NCBI GenBank assembly: GCA_965250005.1 | Contig: OZ252279.1 | Location: 30,001-62,000, forward strand | Length of the DNA: 32,000 bases | Source: Demequinaceae bacterium | GTDB lineage: Bacteria > Actinomycetota > Actinomycetes > Actinomycetales > Demequinaceae | Direction of reading: 5' to 3' | Position numbers and translations under genes: made by a program | Notes under the pieces: model-generated | What the model saw: the letters and a program-made list of their open reading frames with translations, nothing else | What the model was told of the DNA's origin: nothing | Databases searched by the model: none | Part shown: one piece after another, positions 18,094 through 28,473 of the stretch | Position numbering within the stretch: the first letter of the stretch is position 1 | Layout of the letters: each line of letters starts with the position of its first letter

Positions 18094-18720
18094 GTGGAAA
18101 ACCCCACTCTTGACGCTGGACCTGGCCTTGGCATGGGCCTGAGTGACTCGATTTTCAACCGCTTGCTGCGTGAGCGAATCATCTGGCTTGGCGCGGAGGT
18201 TCGCGACGACAATGCGAACGCCATCTGTGCCCAGATGATGCTCCTCGCGGCGGAAGACCCTGACGAGGACATCCGCCTCTACATCAACTCGCCCGGTGGC
18301 TCGATCACGGCTGGTATGGCGATCTACGACACCATGCAGTTCGTCAAGCCGGACGTCTCTACCGTTGCCATGGGTATGGCTGCGTCGATGGGACAGTTCC
18401 TGCTGAGCTCCGGGGCCAAGGGCAAGCGTTACGCCACCCCCCACGCGCGCGTGATGATGCACCAGCCCTCGGGTGGCATCGGCGGAACCACCACCGACGT
18501 GCGCATCCACGCGGAGCTCATCATGCACATGAAGACGCAGCTCGCCGGGCTGACCGCGGAGCAGACAGGCAAGACGCCGGCGCAAATCAACAAGGATGCC
18601 GACCGCGATCGCTGGTTCACCGCCGACGAGGCCCTCGAATACGGGTTCGTCGACCACGTGGTGAAGCACGCGAGTGAGACCACCAAGGCCACCAAGACCA
18701 CCAAGGGAGACAAGGCGTGA
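18094..18720 (+). CDS. clpP1: ATP-dependent Clp protease proteolytic subunit 1
   Basis: [19 protein letters not shown], catalytic Ser in [13 protein letters not shown], catalytic His in VMMHQPSGG; overlaps the clpP2 start. Confidence 0.97.
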   Translation: MENPTLDAGPGLGMGLSDSIFNRLLRERIIWLGAEVRDDNANAICAQMMLLAAEDPDEDIRLYINSPGGSITAGMAIYDTMQFVKPDVSTVAMGMAASMGQFLLSSGAKGKRYATPHARVMMHQPSGGIGGTTTDVRIHAELIMHMKTQLAGLTAEQTGKTPAQINKDADRDRWFTADEALEYGFVDHVVKHASETTKATKTTKGDKA

Positions 18721-19400
18721 GCAACGACTTCTCAGGACTCAACGCCGCGAGCATCGGGGGCACTGCGCCCGCGGGGCCCGGCGGGCGCTACATCCTGCCG
18801 TCGTTCGAGGAGCGCACGGCCTACGGCTTCAAGCGCCAGGACCCATACGCCAAGCTGTTCGAGGACCGCATCATTTTTCTCGGCGTCCAGATCGACGACG
18901 CTTCTGCGGACGACGTCATGGCGCAACTGCTAGTTCTGGAATCCCAGGACCCCGAGCGCGATATCACGCTGTACATCAACTCGCCCGGCGGATCGCAGAC
19001 CGCGCTGACCGCGATCTACGACACCATGCAGTACATCAAGCCGCAGATCCAGACGGTCTGCCTTGGACAGGCAGCCTCCGCGGCTGCCGTGCTGCTGGCC
19101 GCGGGATCGCCAGGCAAGCGCCTCGCGCTTCCCAACGCTAAAGTGATGATTCACCAGCCCAGCATCGAGGGTGGATCACGGGCGCAGGCGTCGGACATCG
19201 AGATCTACGCAGAAGAGATGATCCGCATGCGCGAGTGGCTCGAAGACACCATCGCATTCCACACCGGCCAGAAGGCCGCGAAGGTCCGCGAAGACATCGA
19301 GCGCGACACGTTCCTGAGCGCCGCTGAGGCCAAGGAGTACGGAATCGTCGACCAGGTGCTCGAGAGCCGCAAGGGCACGGGAGAGACCGCCACTCCGTAG
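18717..19400 (+). CDS. clpP2: ATP-dependent Clp protease proteolytic subunit 2
   Basis: [56 protein letters not shown]; tandem with clpP1. Confidence 0.97.
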   Translation: MSNDFSGLNAASIGGTAPAGPGGRYILPSFEERTAYGFKRQDPYAKLFEDRIIFLGVQIDDASADDVMAQLLVLESQDPERDITLYINSPGGSQTALTAIYDTMQYIKPQIQTVCLGQAASAAAVLLAAGSPGKRLALPNAKVMIHQPSIEGGSRAQASDIEIYAEEMIRMREWLEDTIAFHTGQKAAKVREDIERDTFLSAAEAKEYGIVDQVLESRKGTGETATP

Positions 19401-19570
19401 GCCGATCGCGGCGCGCGGCGCGGCTCGCGCGGCGGTTGCGTGCCGGTAACGGTTCGGCGCGTCGGGGTGTGCGTTCTTGCGTCGCTAGGTAGCCTGAAAG
19501 ACAGCGCGCGGGCACTGCGCCCGTACGCACGCCGGGCCGCGCGCCTCGTGTAGCCCAGAAGGAGCGTGAC

Positions 19571-21052
<1,482 letters not shown>

Positions 21053-21060
21053 CGTCGGCC

Positions 21061-22374
21061 CTAGGACTTAACGGGTGCTCGCCTCGTTCGTGTGCGCGGC
21101 ACTGTCAGCACCAGCGTAAGAGCGCCAGCGGTCGCCAACAAACTCACTACCGGCAACCACGCGGCACCGTGCCCGGCGAGAATCCAGGACCCTGTCAACG
21201 AGCCAATTGCGATACCGCCGTTGAACGTTCCCGCATAGAGGGCCACCCCGATGTCGCTTGACCACGGAGAATGCCGCATCGCCCACGTCACCATGGCCGC
21301 GACGAACACCGAAAAGGCGAGGCCTTGCACCACGAGTCCACCGACCACCGCGATCTTCGAATCTCCCAGGAGGGACAGGCCGCCCCAGAATGCGGCGAGT
21401 CCGGCAAGTGCGCCTGCGACGAATCTCACGACGGCGCGATCGACAAACTGCCCCGCTACCCACATCCCAACGATTCCGACGAACCCCGAGAAAAGCAGGA
21501 GTGCTGGGACGTCGTCAGACGTGAATCCCGCGACGTCCTCGACGAAGGGTCTCAGGTACGTCCAGGTGACGCCCATCGCGCCGGTGGTGAGCACGGCCGC
21601 GAGAAGGATGCGCGCGAACCGCCGACCGGATGGAATCTCCCCGCGTGGAACTGAGCCCTCTTCGGTTTTGTAGTTGGGCATAAGAAAGAAGATGGCGACC
21701 GCCACGACAATGGCCGCGACCCCAATCACCAGAAAGGGCGTCTGCCATGTGGTGCGCTGGGCGAGCCATGTCGCGGCAGGAAGCCCGACCAAGCCCGCGG
21801 CCGATGCGCCGAGCAGCAGCCGCGACACGGACTTGCCGCGCATGGCTGCCGGAAACATGCCGGCGGCCGCGGGGGTGACTGCGGCCCAGAACAGCGCGTG
21901 CGCCATCGCGGTGAGGACGCGCCCGGCGACTAGTTGTTCGTAACTGTGGGCCGTGCCTTCGATGGTGACGCCGACGGCGAGTGCCAAGGCGACGCCCACG
22001 AGCACCTGCCTGCGCGGCAGGCGCGTGGTCGCCAGCGCGAGCGGGACGGAGGACAGTGCGACGACGGCCGCGAACACGGTCGTAATCAGGCCGATCTGTG
22101 ATTCGCTACGCCCGAGGCCTTCCGCCATGACGCTGATGAGCCCGATCGGACCCATTTCGTTGGTGACAAAAAGAAAGGCTGCTGTTGCGAGCACGGTGAG
22201 CGCCGCCCACGCGCGCTTGGTGGAAATGCCTGCGGGCGGCTGGTGAGAGACGACGTTCAGGTCAGTTGCCCACGGCTCGAACGGAGCGGCGACCGGGTAG
22301 TGCGCGTCCAAGTGAACCTCTGTTTCAGGGGGGTGGCGGATCGCGACGGCAGCGTCGAAACGATTCGGTTCCAT
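21061..22374 (-). CDS. MFS transporter (sugar efflux / arabinose efflux permease type)
   Basis: About 12 TM segments; TNEMGPIGLISVMAEGLGRSESQIGLITTVFAAVVALSSVPLALATTRLPRRQVLVG. Start uncertain: ATG at 22374 chosen; the ORF track extends to 22488. Confidence 0.88.
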   Translation of the reverse strand: MEPNRFDAAVAIRHPPETEVHLDAHYPVAAPFEPWATDLNVVSHQPPAGISTKRAWAALTVLATAAFLFVTNEMGPIGLISVMAEGLGRSESQIGLITTVFAAVVALSSVPLALATTRLPRRQVLVGVALALAVGVTIEGTAHSYEQLVAGRVLTAMAHALFWAAVTPAAAGMFPAAMRGKSVSRLLLGASAAGLVGLPAATWLAQRTTWQTPFLVIGVAAIVVAVAIFFLMPNYKTEEGSVPRGEIPSGRRFARILLAAVLTTGAMGVTWTYLRPFVEDVAGFTSDDVPALLLFSGFVGIVGMWVAGQFVDRAVVRFVAGALAGLAAFWGGLSLLGDSKIAVVGGLVVQGLAFSVFVAAMVTWAMRHSPWSSDIGVALYAGTFNGGIAIGSLTGSWILAGHGAAWLPVVSLLATAGALTLVLTVPRTRTRRAPVKS

Positions 22375-22611
22375 TGTGGCACGCTGCAGCCAGCGCACCA
22401 CCAGACCGTGGGACGAGTCTTCTCGCAGACCATCGCTCACCATCCCGCCCCGTTCTTCGAGGGCGAACACGGCGCGCGAGTTCGACATCTGTTCATCACG
22501 ATCCCCGTCGACGTGGCCAGCGCAAACCTGATCCCGTGGAGGCGAGACGATATCGACATCATCTTCGAGCGTGAACTTCCCGACCGCTGGTTACTCCCGC
22601 GTGTCGCGCCG

Positions 22612-23340
22612 CTACGGACAGGCGATGTAGTCACACTCGGGGAACCATCCGGGATGGTCGGTCCGCAGCTCACCCAGAACTGCCACGGGCGCGATCGAGA
22701 GGGCAAACATGATCGCCCACGCTGTCATTGCGCGCCACACCGTGCGCCACGTTCGAGTGCCGCGGTCGGCGGGACGGGTCGATAGCACCACCGGGCCGAA
22801 AATCACGCTATAGACCACCATCGTGGGCAAGACCAAGATGAGCCCAGCGATCGGGTTTGTGACTAAGTGAAAGCCGATGTTTTCCGCGAAGAGGCCAAAG
22901 CCGCCTGCGATGAGCCAGGCGTCGAGGGTTCCGAACGCAAACATGCGGCGGGCGATCGCGAGCCCCCAGATCAGGCCAGTGAACGCGAAAACGTTGAACA
23001 GCACGAACTCGCTCACGCGCTCGCTCCACGATTCGAGGGTGAATCCCTCTTGCACGGCAAAGATCGTCCCGACAATCGTCTCCTCCGCGGCGACTGCCGC
23101 ATACCCGACGATCGCGAACCGCACCATGTTCGGGCCGGGGATCCGCTGCAGCGCGGCGCTAACTTTCGCTTGGTGACGTTGAAGTAGTGGTGCAGCCACG
23201 AGGATTAGGAGCACGTAGTAGATCGGGGTGAGCGAACCCGCTATGAGTCCGAACACGACGATGAGGAGCGCGATGCTCACCCAGAGGGGCCAGCGCGTCC
23301 ACCGCGGGCCGCTTACCAAAAATGGAAGCGCGTCGGTCAC
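22612..23340 (-). CDS. Polytopic membrane protein with acidic intramembrane-like motifs; function unknown
   Basis: 242 aa, about six to seven TM segments; motifs AVAAEETIVG and GGFGLFAENIGFH. Confidence 0.7.
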   Translation of the reverse strand: MTDALPFLVSGPRWTRWPLWVSIALLIVVFGLIAGSLTPIYYVLLILVAAPLLQRHQAKVSAALQRIPGPNMVRFAIVGYAAVAAEETIVGTIFAVQEGFTLESWSERVSEFVLFNVFAFTGLIWGLAIARRMFAFGTLDAWLIAGGFGLFAENIGFHLVTNPIAGLILVLPTMVVYSVIFGPVVLSTRPADRGTRTWRTVWRAMTAWAIMFALSIAPVAVLGELRTDHPGWFPECDYIACP

Positions 23341-23347
23341 GGATGTC

Positions 23348-26074
23348 TTACGCGTCCCCTGGGACTAGTTCCGCGCCGCGTGTGGTCACCACGGTGGCTT
23401 CGCCATCCGCGATGTCCGCAACGGGGACAATGCTCAGATCGCGCGCGCGAGCGGCGACGGTGAGATCGGTGAGTGTGGCGGTGACGGCGGCGACGCGCGA
23501 CTCGGGGACCAGCAGGTCAACAGTTGCAATCTCCGCGCGCTGCTTCACCTTGGCCTCCGACTTCACCTTGCGCAGGGCGCTGAACGCCTGGCCTGCGCTG
23601 GCGAGCAGCTCGCGACCTGCGCCCGCGGGTACGTTGGAGGACTCGCCTTTTGCGGCCAGCGCGGCGAGCGGGGCTGACTCGGGCCACCTAGTCCGGTGGA
23701 TCGACCCCTCGTTGAACCAGGACCAGACCTCTTCCGTTGCGAACGGCAGAACGGGTGCGAACAGGCGCAGGAACGTGTCGAGCGCGACGGTCAGTGCGGC
23801 GCGCGCCGAAGCCGCGGTGGGCGAACAGGGGGCGAACGCGTCGACGGCTTGGCCGGGAGCGACCCCGTCGTACGCGCGCGTCTTGACCAGCTCGAGGTAA
23901 TCGTCGCAGAACTGCCAGAAGTACGTCTCTGCCGTCTCGAGCGCCTTCGTGTGGTCGTAGCCCTCTAGAGATGCAGTCGCCGCATCCACCACCTGGGCGA
24001 GCGCGTCGAGCATCGCGAGATCGAGCGGCTCGGTGATGGCCGAGGACTTTACGTGCGCGGCTGCTTTCATGCCGGCATCGAGCGACTCGTTGGCGGCAGC
24101 CTCCACGCCAGTGGCGCCCAGCACGAACTTGCTCGCGTTGAGCACCTTCATCGCGAGGCGTCGGCCAATCTTCATCATGCCGGTGTCGAACGCCGCGTCC
24201 GTGCCGAGCCGGGCGGACAGCGCCCAGTAGCGGACGGCGTCAGAGCCGTGCTCCTCCAACAGGCCCATGGGCGTGACAACGTTGCCCTTGGACTTGGACA
24301 TCTTCTTACGGTCGGGATCGAGGATCCAGCCGGAAATCGCGGCGTGCGCCCACGGGAGTTTGCCGTCTTCCTGGTGCGCGCGCAGCACCGAGCTGAACAG
24401 CCACGTGCGGATGATGTCTTGTCCCTGCGGGCGCAAGTCCATGGGGTACGTGCGCGCATGGAGGTCAGGGTCGTCACGCCAGCCGGTGGCGATATGCGGG
24501 GACATCGACGACGTGGCCCACGTGTCCATGATGTCTTTCTCGCCGTGGAAGCCGCCCGGCACGTCGCGCTGCGACTCGTCGAAGCCGGGAGGGGACTGCG
24601 AGGCGGGGTCTACGGGCAGCGCGTCCTCAGCCGGGACGATGGGGTTGTCGAAGTCCGGGTTGCCGTCGGCGCCCATGGGATACCAGACGGGGATGGGAAC
24701 GCCGAAGAACCGCTGGCGCGAGATGAGCCAGTCGCCGTTCAAGCCCTTGACCCAATTCTCGTAGCGGACGCGCATGAAGTCGGGCTCGAATCCCAGCTTG
24801 GTGCCGCGCGCCACCAACGCGTCGCGCAGGTCCTCGTCCTTGCCGCCATTCTTGATGTACCACTGGCGGGTGGTGACAATCTCGAGGGGCTTGTCGCCCT
24901 TCTCGAAGAACTTGACCGGGTGCTCGATTTTCTTGATTTCGGCGTCTATCGCGCCGTGCTCTTGAAGCAGCTCTACGATCCGCTTCTGCGCGCTGAACAC
25001 GGTCTTGCCGGCGAGCTCAGAGTACGCGGCTACGCCACCGTCGCTCTCGATTCCCTGCGGTGCCTCGGTGAGGATGCGCCCGTCCCAACCCAGGATGGGC
25101 CGCGTACCGAGCGACAGCTCGCGCCACCAGGTCACGTCTGTAGTGTCGCCGAACGTGCAGATCATGGCAATGCCGGAGCCCTTGTCGGGAGATGCGAGGT
25201 GGTGCGCGACCACGGGCACCTCAACATCGAACAGCGGGGTGCTCACGGTGGTGCCGAACAGCGGCTTGTAGCGCTCGTCATCCGGGTGGGCCACGAGGGC
25301 CACGCACGCGGGAAGCAACTCGGGGCGGGTGGTTTCGATGTGCACGTTGCCCGAACCATCGGCCTTGGCGAATGCCATGCGGTGATAAGCGCCGGGCATG
25401 TCCCGGTCCTCAAGCTCCGCCTGCGCGACGGCCGTGCGGAATGTGACGTCCCAGAGAGTGGGCGCCTCGGACTGATACGCCTCCCCGCGCGCCAGGTTGC
25501 GCACGAACGCCTGCTGGGCCACGGCTTGCGCAGACGGCGAGATGGTCTGGTACGTGCGTGACCAGTCCACCGACAGTCCCAAGTGACGCCAGAGCGCCTC
25601 AAATTGCTTCTCGTCCTCGTCCGTCAGGCGTTCGCACAGTTCAACAAAGTTGCGGCGCGAGATGGGCTGCTGGTCCGCGGCCTTGATCGATTTACTGGCG
25701 CCGGTGCCGTCTGCGGTGGCCCCGTGCGGCGGCTCGAAGCCGTCTTCATAGGGGAGGGTCGGGTCGCAGCGGACGCCGTAATAGTTCTGGACGCGGCGCT
25801 CGGTTGGCAGGCCGTTGTCGTCCCAGCCCATGGGGTAGAACACCTCGAGGCCGCGCATGCGCTTGAAGCGCGCGATCACGTCCGTATGTGTGTAGCTGAA
25901 CACGTGGCCCACGTGCAGCGAGCCGGATACCGTGGGCGGTGGCGTGTCGATCGAGTAGATCTGCTCGCGTGCCTTGGTCGCGTCGAAGCGGTACGTGCCG
26001 TCGGTCTCCCACGCGGAGTCCCACCGATCCTCGAGGCCGTCGACGGTTGCCTTGTCTGGGATGCGCTGAGTCAT
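23348..26074 (-). CDS. valS: Valyl-tRNA synthetase
   Basis: PTVSGSLHVGHVFSYTHTD (HIGH-like), KMSKSKGNVVTP (KMSKS), class I editing domain, coiled-coil C-terminus. Start MTQRIPDKATVDGLEDRWDSAW at 26074; ORF track extends to 26125. Confidence 0.96.
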   Translation of the reverse strand: MTQRIPDKATVDGLEDRWDSAWETDGTYRFDATKAREQIYSIDTPPPTVSGSLHVGHVFSYTHTDVIARFKRMRGLEVFYPMGWDDNGLPTERRVQNYYGVRCDPTLPYEDGFEPPHGATADGTGASKSIKAADQQPISRRNFVELCERLTDEDEKQFEALWRHLGLSVDWSRTYQTISPSAQAVAQQAFVRNLARGEAYQSEAPTLWDVTFRTAVAQAELEDRDMPGAYHRMAFAKADGSGNVHIETTRPELLPACVALVAHPDDERYKPLFGTTVSTPLFDVEVPVVAHHLASPDKGSGIAMICTFGDTTDVTWWRELSLGTRPILGWDGRILTEAPQGIESDGGVAAYSELAGKTVFSAQKRIVELLQEHGAIDAEIKKIEHPVKFFEKGDKPLEIVTTRQWYIKNGGKDEDLRDALVARGTKLGFEPDFMRVRYENWVKGLNGDWLISRQRFFGVPIPVWYPMGADGNPDFDNPIVPAEDALPVDPASQSPPGFDESQRDVPGGFHGEKDIMDTWATSSMSPHIATGWRDDPDLHARTYPMDLRPQGQDIIRTWLFSSVLRAHQEDGKLPWAHAAISGWILDPDRKKMSKSKGNVVTPMGLLEEHGSDAVRYWALSARLGTDAAFDTGMMKIGRRLAMKVLNASKFVLGATGVEAAANESLDAGMKAAAHVKSSAITEPLDLAMLDALAQVVDAATASLEGYDHTKALETAETYFWQFCDDYLELVKTRAYDGVAPGQAVDAFAPCSPTAASARAALTVALDTFLRLFAPVLPFATEEVWSWFNEGSIHRTRWPESAPLAALAAKGESSNVPAGAGRELLASAGQAFSALRKVKSEAKVKQRAEIATVDLLVPESRVAAVTATLTDLTVAARARDLSIVPVADIADGEATVVTTRGAELVPGDA

Positions 26075-26222
26075 GAGCGCCATTCTCGCAGACTGCGGCC
26101 GATCCTCTCGCACGCAAGGGATCACCGGCCGGCGTGGGATTTCGCGGTCGGCAAGTCGGCAACGCAGAGTCTCGCTGCGGAGCCCCGCCGCCCCGCCCCG
26201 CGGCAGCGCGTAGCCTCAGAGC

Positions 26223-26957
26223 GTGTCCGCGTTTCCTATCCCCACTGTCCGCGTGAGCTTCGCGCCCGGCGCCGTCGCGCGGATGGCCGCCCCGTATCTT
26301 GCCGTGGCGGTCGGGCTGCTGTGGCTGGGCAACGGGTGGATCGCGATACTTGGCTACCACGCGCAGATTTTGATGTGGCTCGGGTGGGACAGGTGGCGCT
26401 CGCGTGGGGTTCGCGCTGCGGACCCGGAACGCCGCGCCGCGCGGGCCCACGGCGCGCATCTGCGCCCGGCTGCGCTACCTGCAGGGCACGCCGCGCTTCG
26501 CGACTCGATCGAGGCGCTGTTCAGGCCGGGCCTGAGGGTCGGCGCGGTCCTGCTGACCTTCGCGCTCGCCGGGCCTGCAGCATACCTGCTGCTGCCGGTT
26601 GTGACATCGCAGGACGTGGGGCAGTGGCTAGGCGCTATGGGAATATCGGGCGTGGGATTCGCGCTCATGGTGCCGTACTTCGGCATCGTCCACCCGATCC
26701 TCGAGCAGCAGCACTGGGCGCCGCTCCGAGAGCGAACCTTTCTCTCGCACGGCGCGTTCGCGGGCTACCACGCGATGGTTCTCGGCTCCCTGTTAACCGA
26801 GTATCCGCACGCGGCGGTGATCACTGCGCTCGGGCTCGCATCGATCACGTGGGCGTGGATGGTGCGGCGGACCGGCGGGATCACTGCCGCCACGGTGTCG
26901 CACATGCTCGCCGATTTTGGCGTGGTGCTCGCCGCGGCGTACCTGATCCCGACCTAG
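26223..26957 (+). CDS. CPBP-family (Rce1-like) intramembrane metalloprotease homologue
   Basis: 244 aa, GTG start (an ATG at 26283 is also possible); MVPYFGIVHPILEQQHWAPLRERTF...GAFAGYHAMVLG...TAATVSHMLADFGVV resembles the three CPBP motifs. Confidence 0.65.
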   Translation: MSAFPIPTVRVSFAPGAVARMAAPYLAVAVGLLWLGNGWIAILGYHAQILMWLGWDRWRSRGVRAADPERRAARAHGAHLRPAALPAGHAALRDSIEALFRPGLRVGAVLLTFALAGPAAYLLLPVVTSQDVGQWLGAMGISGVGFALMVPYFGIVHPILEQQHWAPLRERTFLSHGAFAGYHAMVLGSLLTEYPHAAVITALGLASITWAWMVRRTGGITAATVSHMLADFGVVLAAAYLIPT

Positions 26958-26964
26958 GCGCGAG

Positions 26965-27738
26965 TTAGACCGTTGCGACGGCGAGCATATCGCCCGTCGG
27001 GGCGGCGGAGCCACCGAATGGCTCGGACGTAATCGCGAGCTCGACCACCGAGCCCATGTCGCCGTCGACGAAAGCCATGACCGACCCGTCCTCGTTCGGC
27101 ATGAAGGTGATGCTGGGCTCGACCGTCCCGTCCTCGTGCACCATCCACAATTGATAGACGGAGCCGCGCCAAGGAACGTAGATCTCTTCGCACATGAGCA
27201 GCGCGCCGCCCTTGGACTCGCTCACCACCACGTACGAGTTGCCCCACGGCATCACGGACTTCTGCGCATCTTCCGCACCCATGTATTCGATCGCCTGCTC
27301 GGCGAGGGTGAGCGGCTCCGGCGCTTCGGCGTTCAACGTCGCGATGCCGACCCCGGCGATCACCAGCGCCGATGCAGCGGCAGCGCCGATCCACGCGACC
27401 GCAGTGCGGCGGAACCGCGGCTGGCCGTCACCCGAACGTCCACGGCGGCGAGAAACCTGGGGCGTGACGCGTGCTTGGGCAAGTGCCGCGTCGCGCAGCG
27501 ACGCAGGGGCGTGCGCGGTGGTGGTTCCGGCAAGCCACACGGGAGCCTCTCGCAGGGACGCAACCTCGACGGAGCAGTCGTCACATTCGCGCAGGTGCTT
27601 CTCGAACGCGGCGCGCTCGACGTCATTCATGGCGTTGAGCGCGTACGCGCCCGTCAACCCATGCAGATTCTCGGTTGCATACGTTGATGCGTCGGCGCGC
27701 GTATTGGCTGGCGCTCGGTCTTTGTTGTGGTCGCTCAT
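26965..27738 (-). CDS. Anti-sigma factor, RskA-like
   Basis: N-terminal ZAS-like domain (LTGAYALNAMNDVERAAFEKHLRECDDC), single TM (TAVAWIGAAAASALVIAGVGIATL), C-terminal RskA-like region (VYQLWMVHEDG). Overlaps the sigma factor gene. Confidence 0.88.
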   Translation of the reverse strand: MSDHNKDRAPANTRADASTYATENLHGLTGAYALNAMNDVERAAFEKHLRECDDCSVEVASLREAPVWLAGTTTAHAPASLRDAALAQARVTPQVSRRRGRSGDGQPRFRRTAVAWIGAAAASALVIAGVGIATLNAEAPEPLTLAEQAIEYMGAEDAQKSVMPWGNSYVVVSESKGGALLMCEEIYVPWRGSVYQLWMVHEDGTVEPSITFMPNEDGSVMAFVDGDMGSVVELAITSEPFGGSAAPTGDMLAVATV

Positions 27739-28418
27739 AGCGCGTCTCCCAAACTGTCGCGCAGACGGATCAGTCCGTCGCGCAAGCGGGTCTTGGCGGT
27801 GCCGAGCGGCACCCCAAGGCTTTCGCTCACCTGAACGTGGGTGAGCCCTCCGAAGTAGGCGAGGTGAATGGCCTCGCGTTGAAGTTCAGTCAGGTCGCCG
27901 AGCGCCTGGCGCACGCGATCCTGTTCCCAGTGGCCCTGGAGCGCATCGATCACGACGTCGTGCGGCTGTTCCGGAGTTTGGTGCTGACGGGCGGCGGCCG
28001 CGACGCGATTCTTGTGGGACTCCTCGCGGCGGACCTTGTCGACGGCCCGCCGGTGGGCGATGGTCATGATCCACCCGCGGGCTGAGCCTTTGGCCGGGGA
28101 GAAACGCGGCGCCGTTCGCCACACCTCGACGAGCGCATCCTGCGTCACATCTTCGGCGAGCGACGGCGAACGCGTCACGCGCAGTGCGAGCGAGTATACG
28201 GAGTCGGCGGTCGCGTCGTACAAGAGCTGAAAAGCAACGGCGGACCCGCGCGCGCAGCGGCTCATAGTCGACTCGAGGTCCGTGTCCGGAGCGCCGCCGC
28301 CCATGCCCTCGGGCGGCGCGTCCGTAAGATCAGGTTCGGAGACGGCGCGCGCGCCCGTGCCATCAACAAGCCGAAGCCTTCGTTGAGCGCCCACGCGCCG
28401 CCTCCTTCCCTGTCCCAT
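27735..28418 (-). CDS. ECF RNA polymerase sigma factor, SigK-like
   Basis: SVYSLALRVTRSPSLAEDVTQDALVEVWRTAPRFSPAKGSARGWIMTIAHRRAVDKVRR and sigma4 HVQVSESLGVPLGTAKTRLRDGL. True start probably downstream of 28418. Confidence 0.92.
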   Translation of the reverse strand: MGQGRRRRVGAQRRLRLVDGTGARAVSEPDLTDAPPEGMGGGAPDTDLESTMSRCARGSAVAFQLLYDATADSVYSLALRVTRSPSLAEDVTQDALVEVWRTAPRFSPAKGSARGWIMTIAHRRAVDKVRREESHKNRVAAAARQHQTPEQPHDVVIDALQGHWEQDRVRQALGDLTELQREAIHLAYFGGLTHVQVSESLGVPLGTAKTRLRDGLIRLRDSLGDAL

Positions 28419-28473
28419 TCGCGTTTATCACTATGGAGTGATTCGCAGTTAAGTAGATGACGGATTGCTCTAC

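Noticed and set aside
17785-18669. Upstream extension of the 343-aa minus-strand ORF over clpP1
   Set aside because: Antisense to clpP1; only the C-terminal ~100 codons (from 17940) look like a real DUF4190-like gene.
22243-22785. 180-aa plus-strand ORF (VRHLFITIPVDVASANLIPW...)
   Set aside because: Straddles the 5' end of the MFS gene and the 3' end of the membrane protein gene on the other strand. Part lies in the ~240-bp gap, but I see no start context or family match, so it is undecided and not called.
24053-25561. 502-aa plus-strand ORF opposite valS
   Set aside because: Antisense to the conserved valyl-tRNA synthetase; no recognisable domain.
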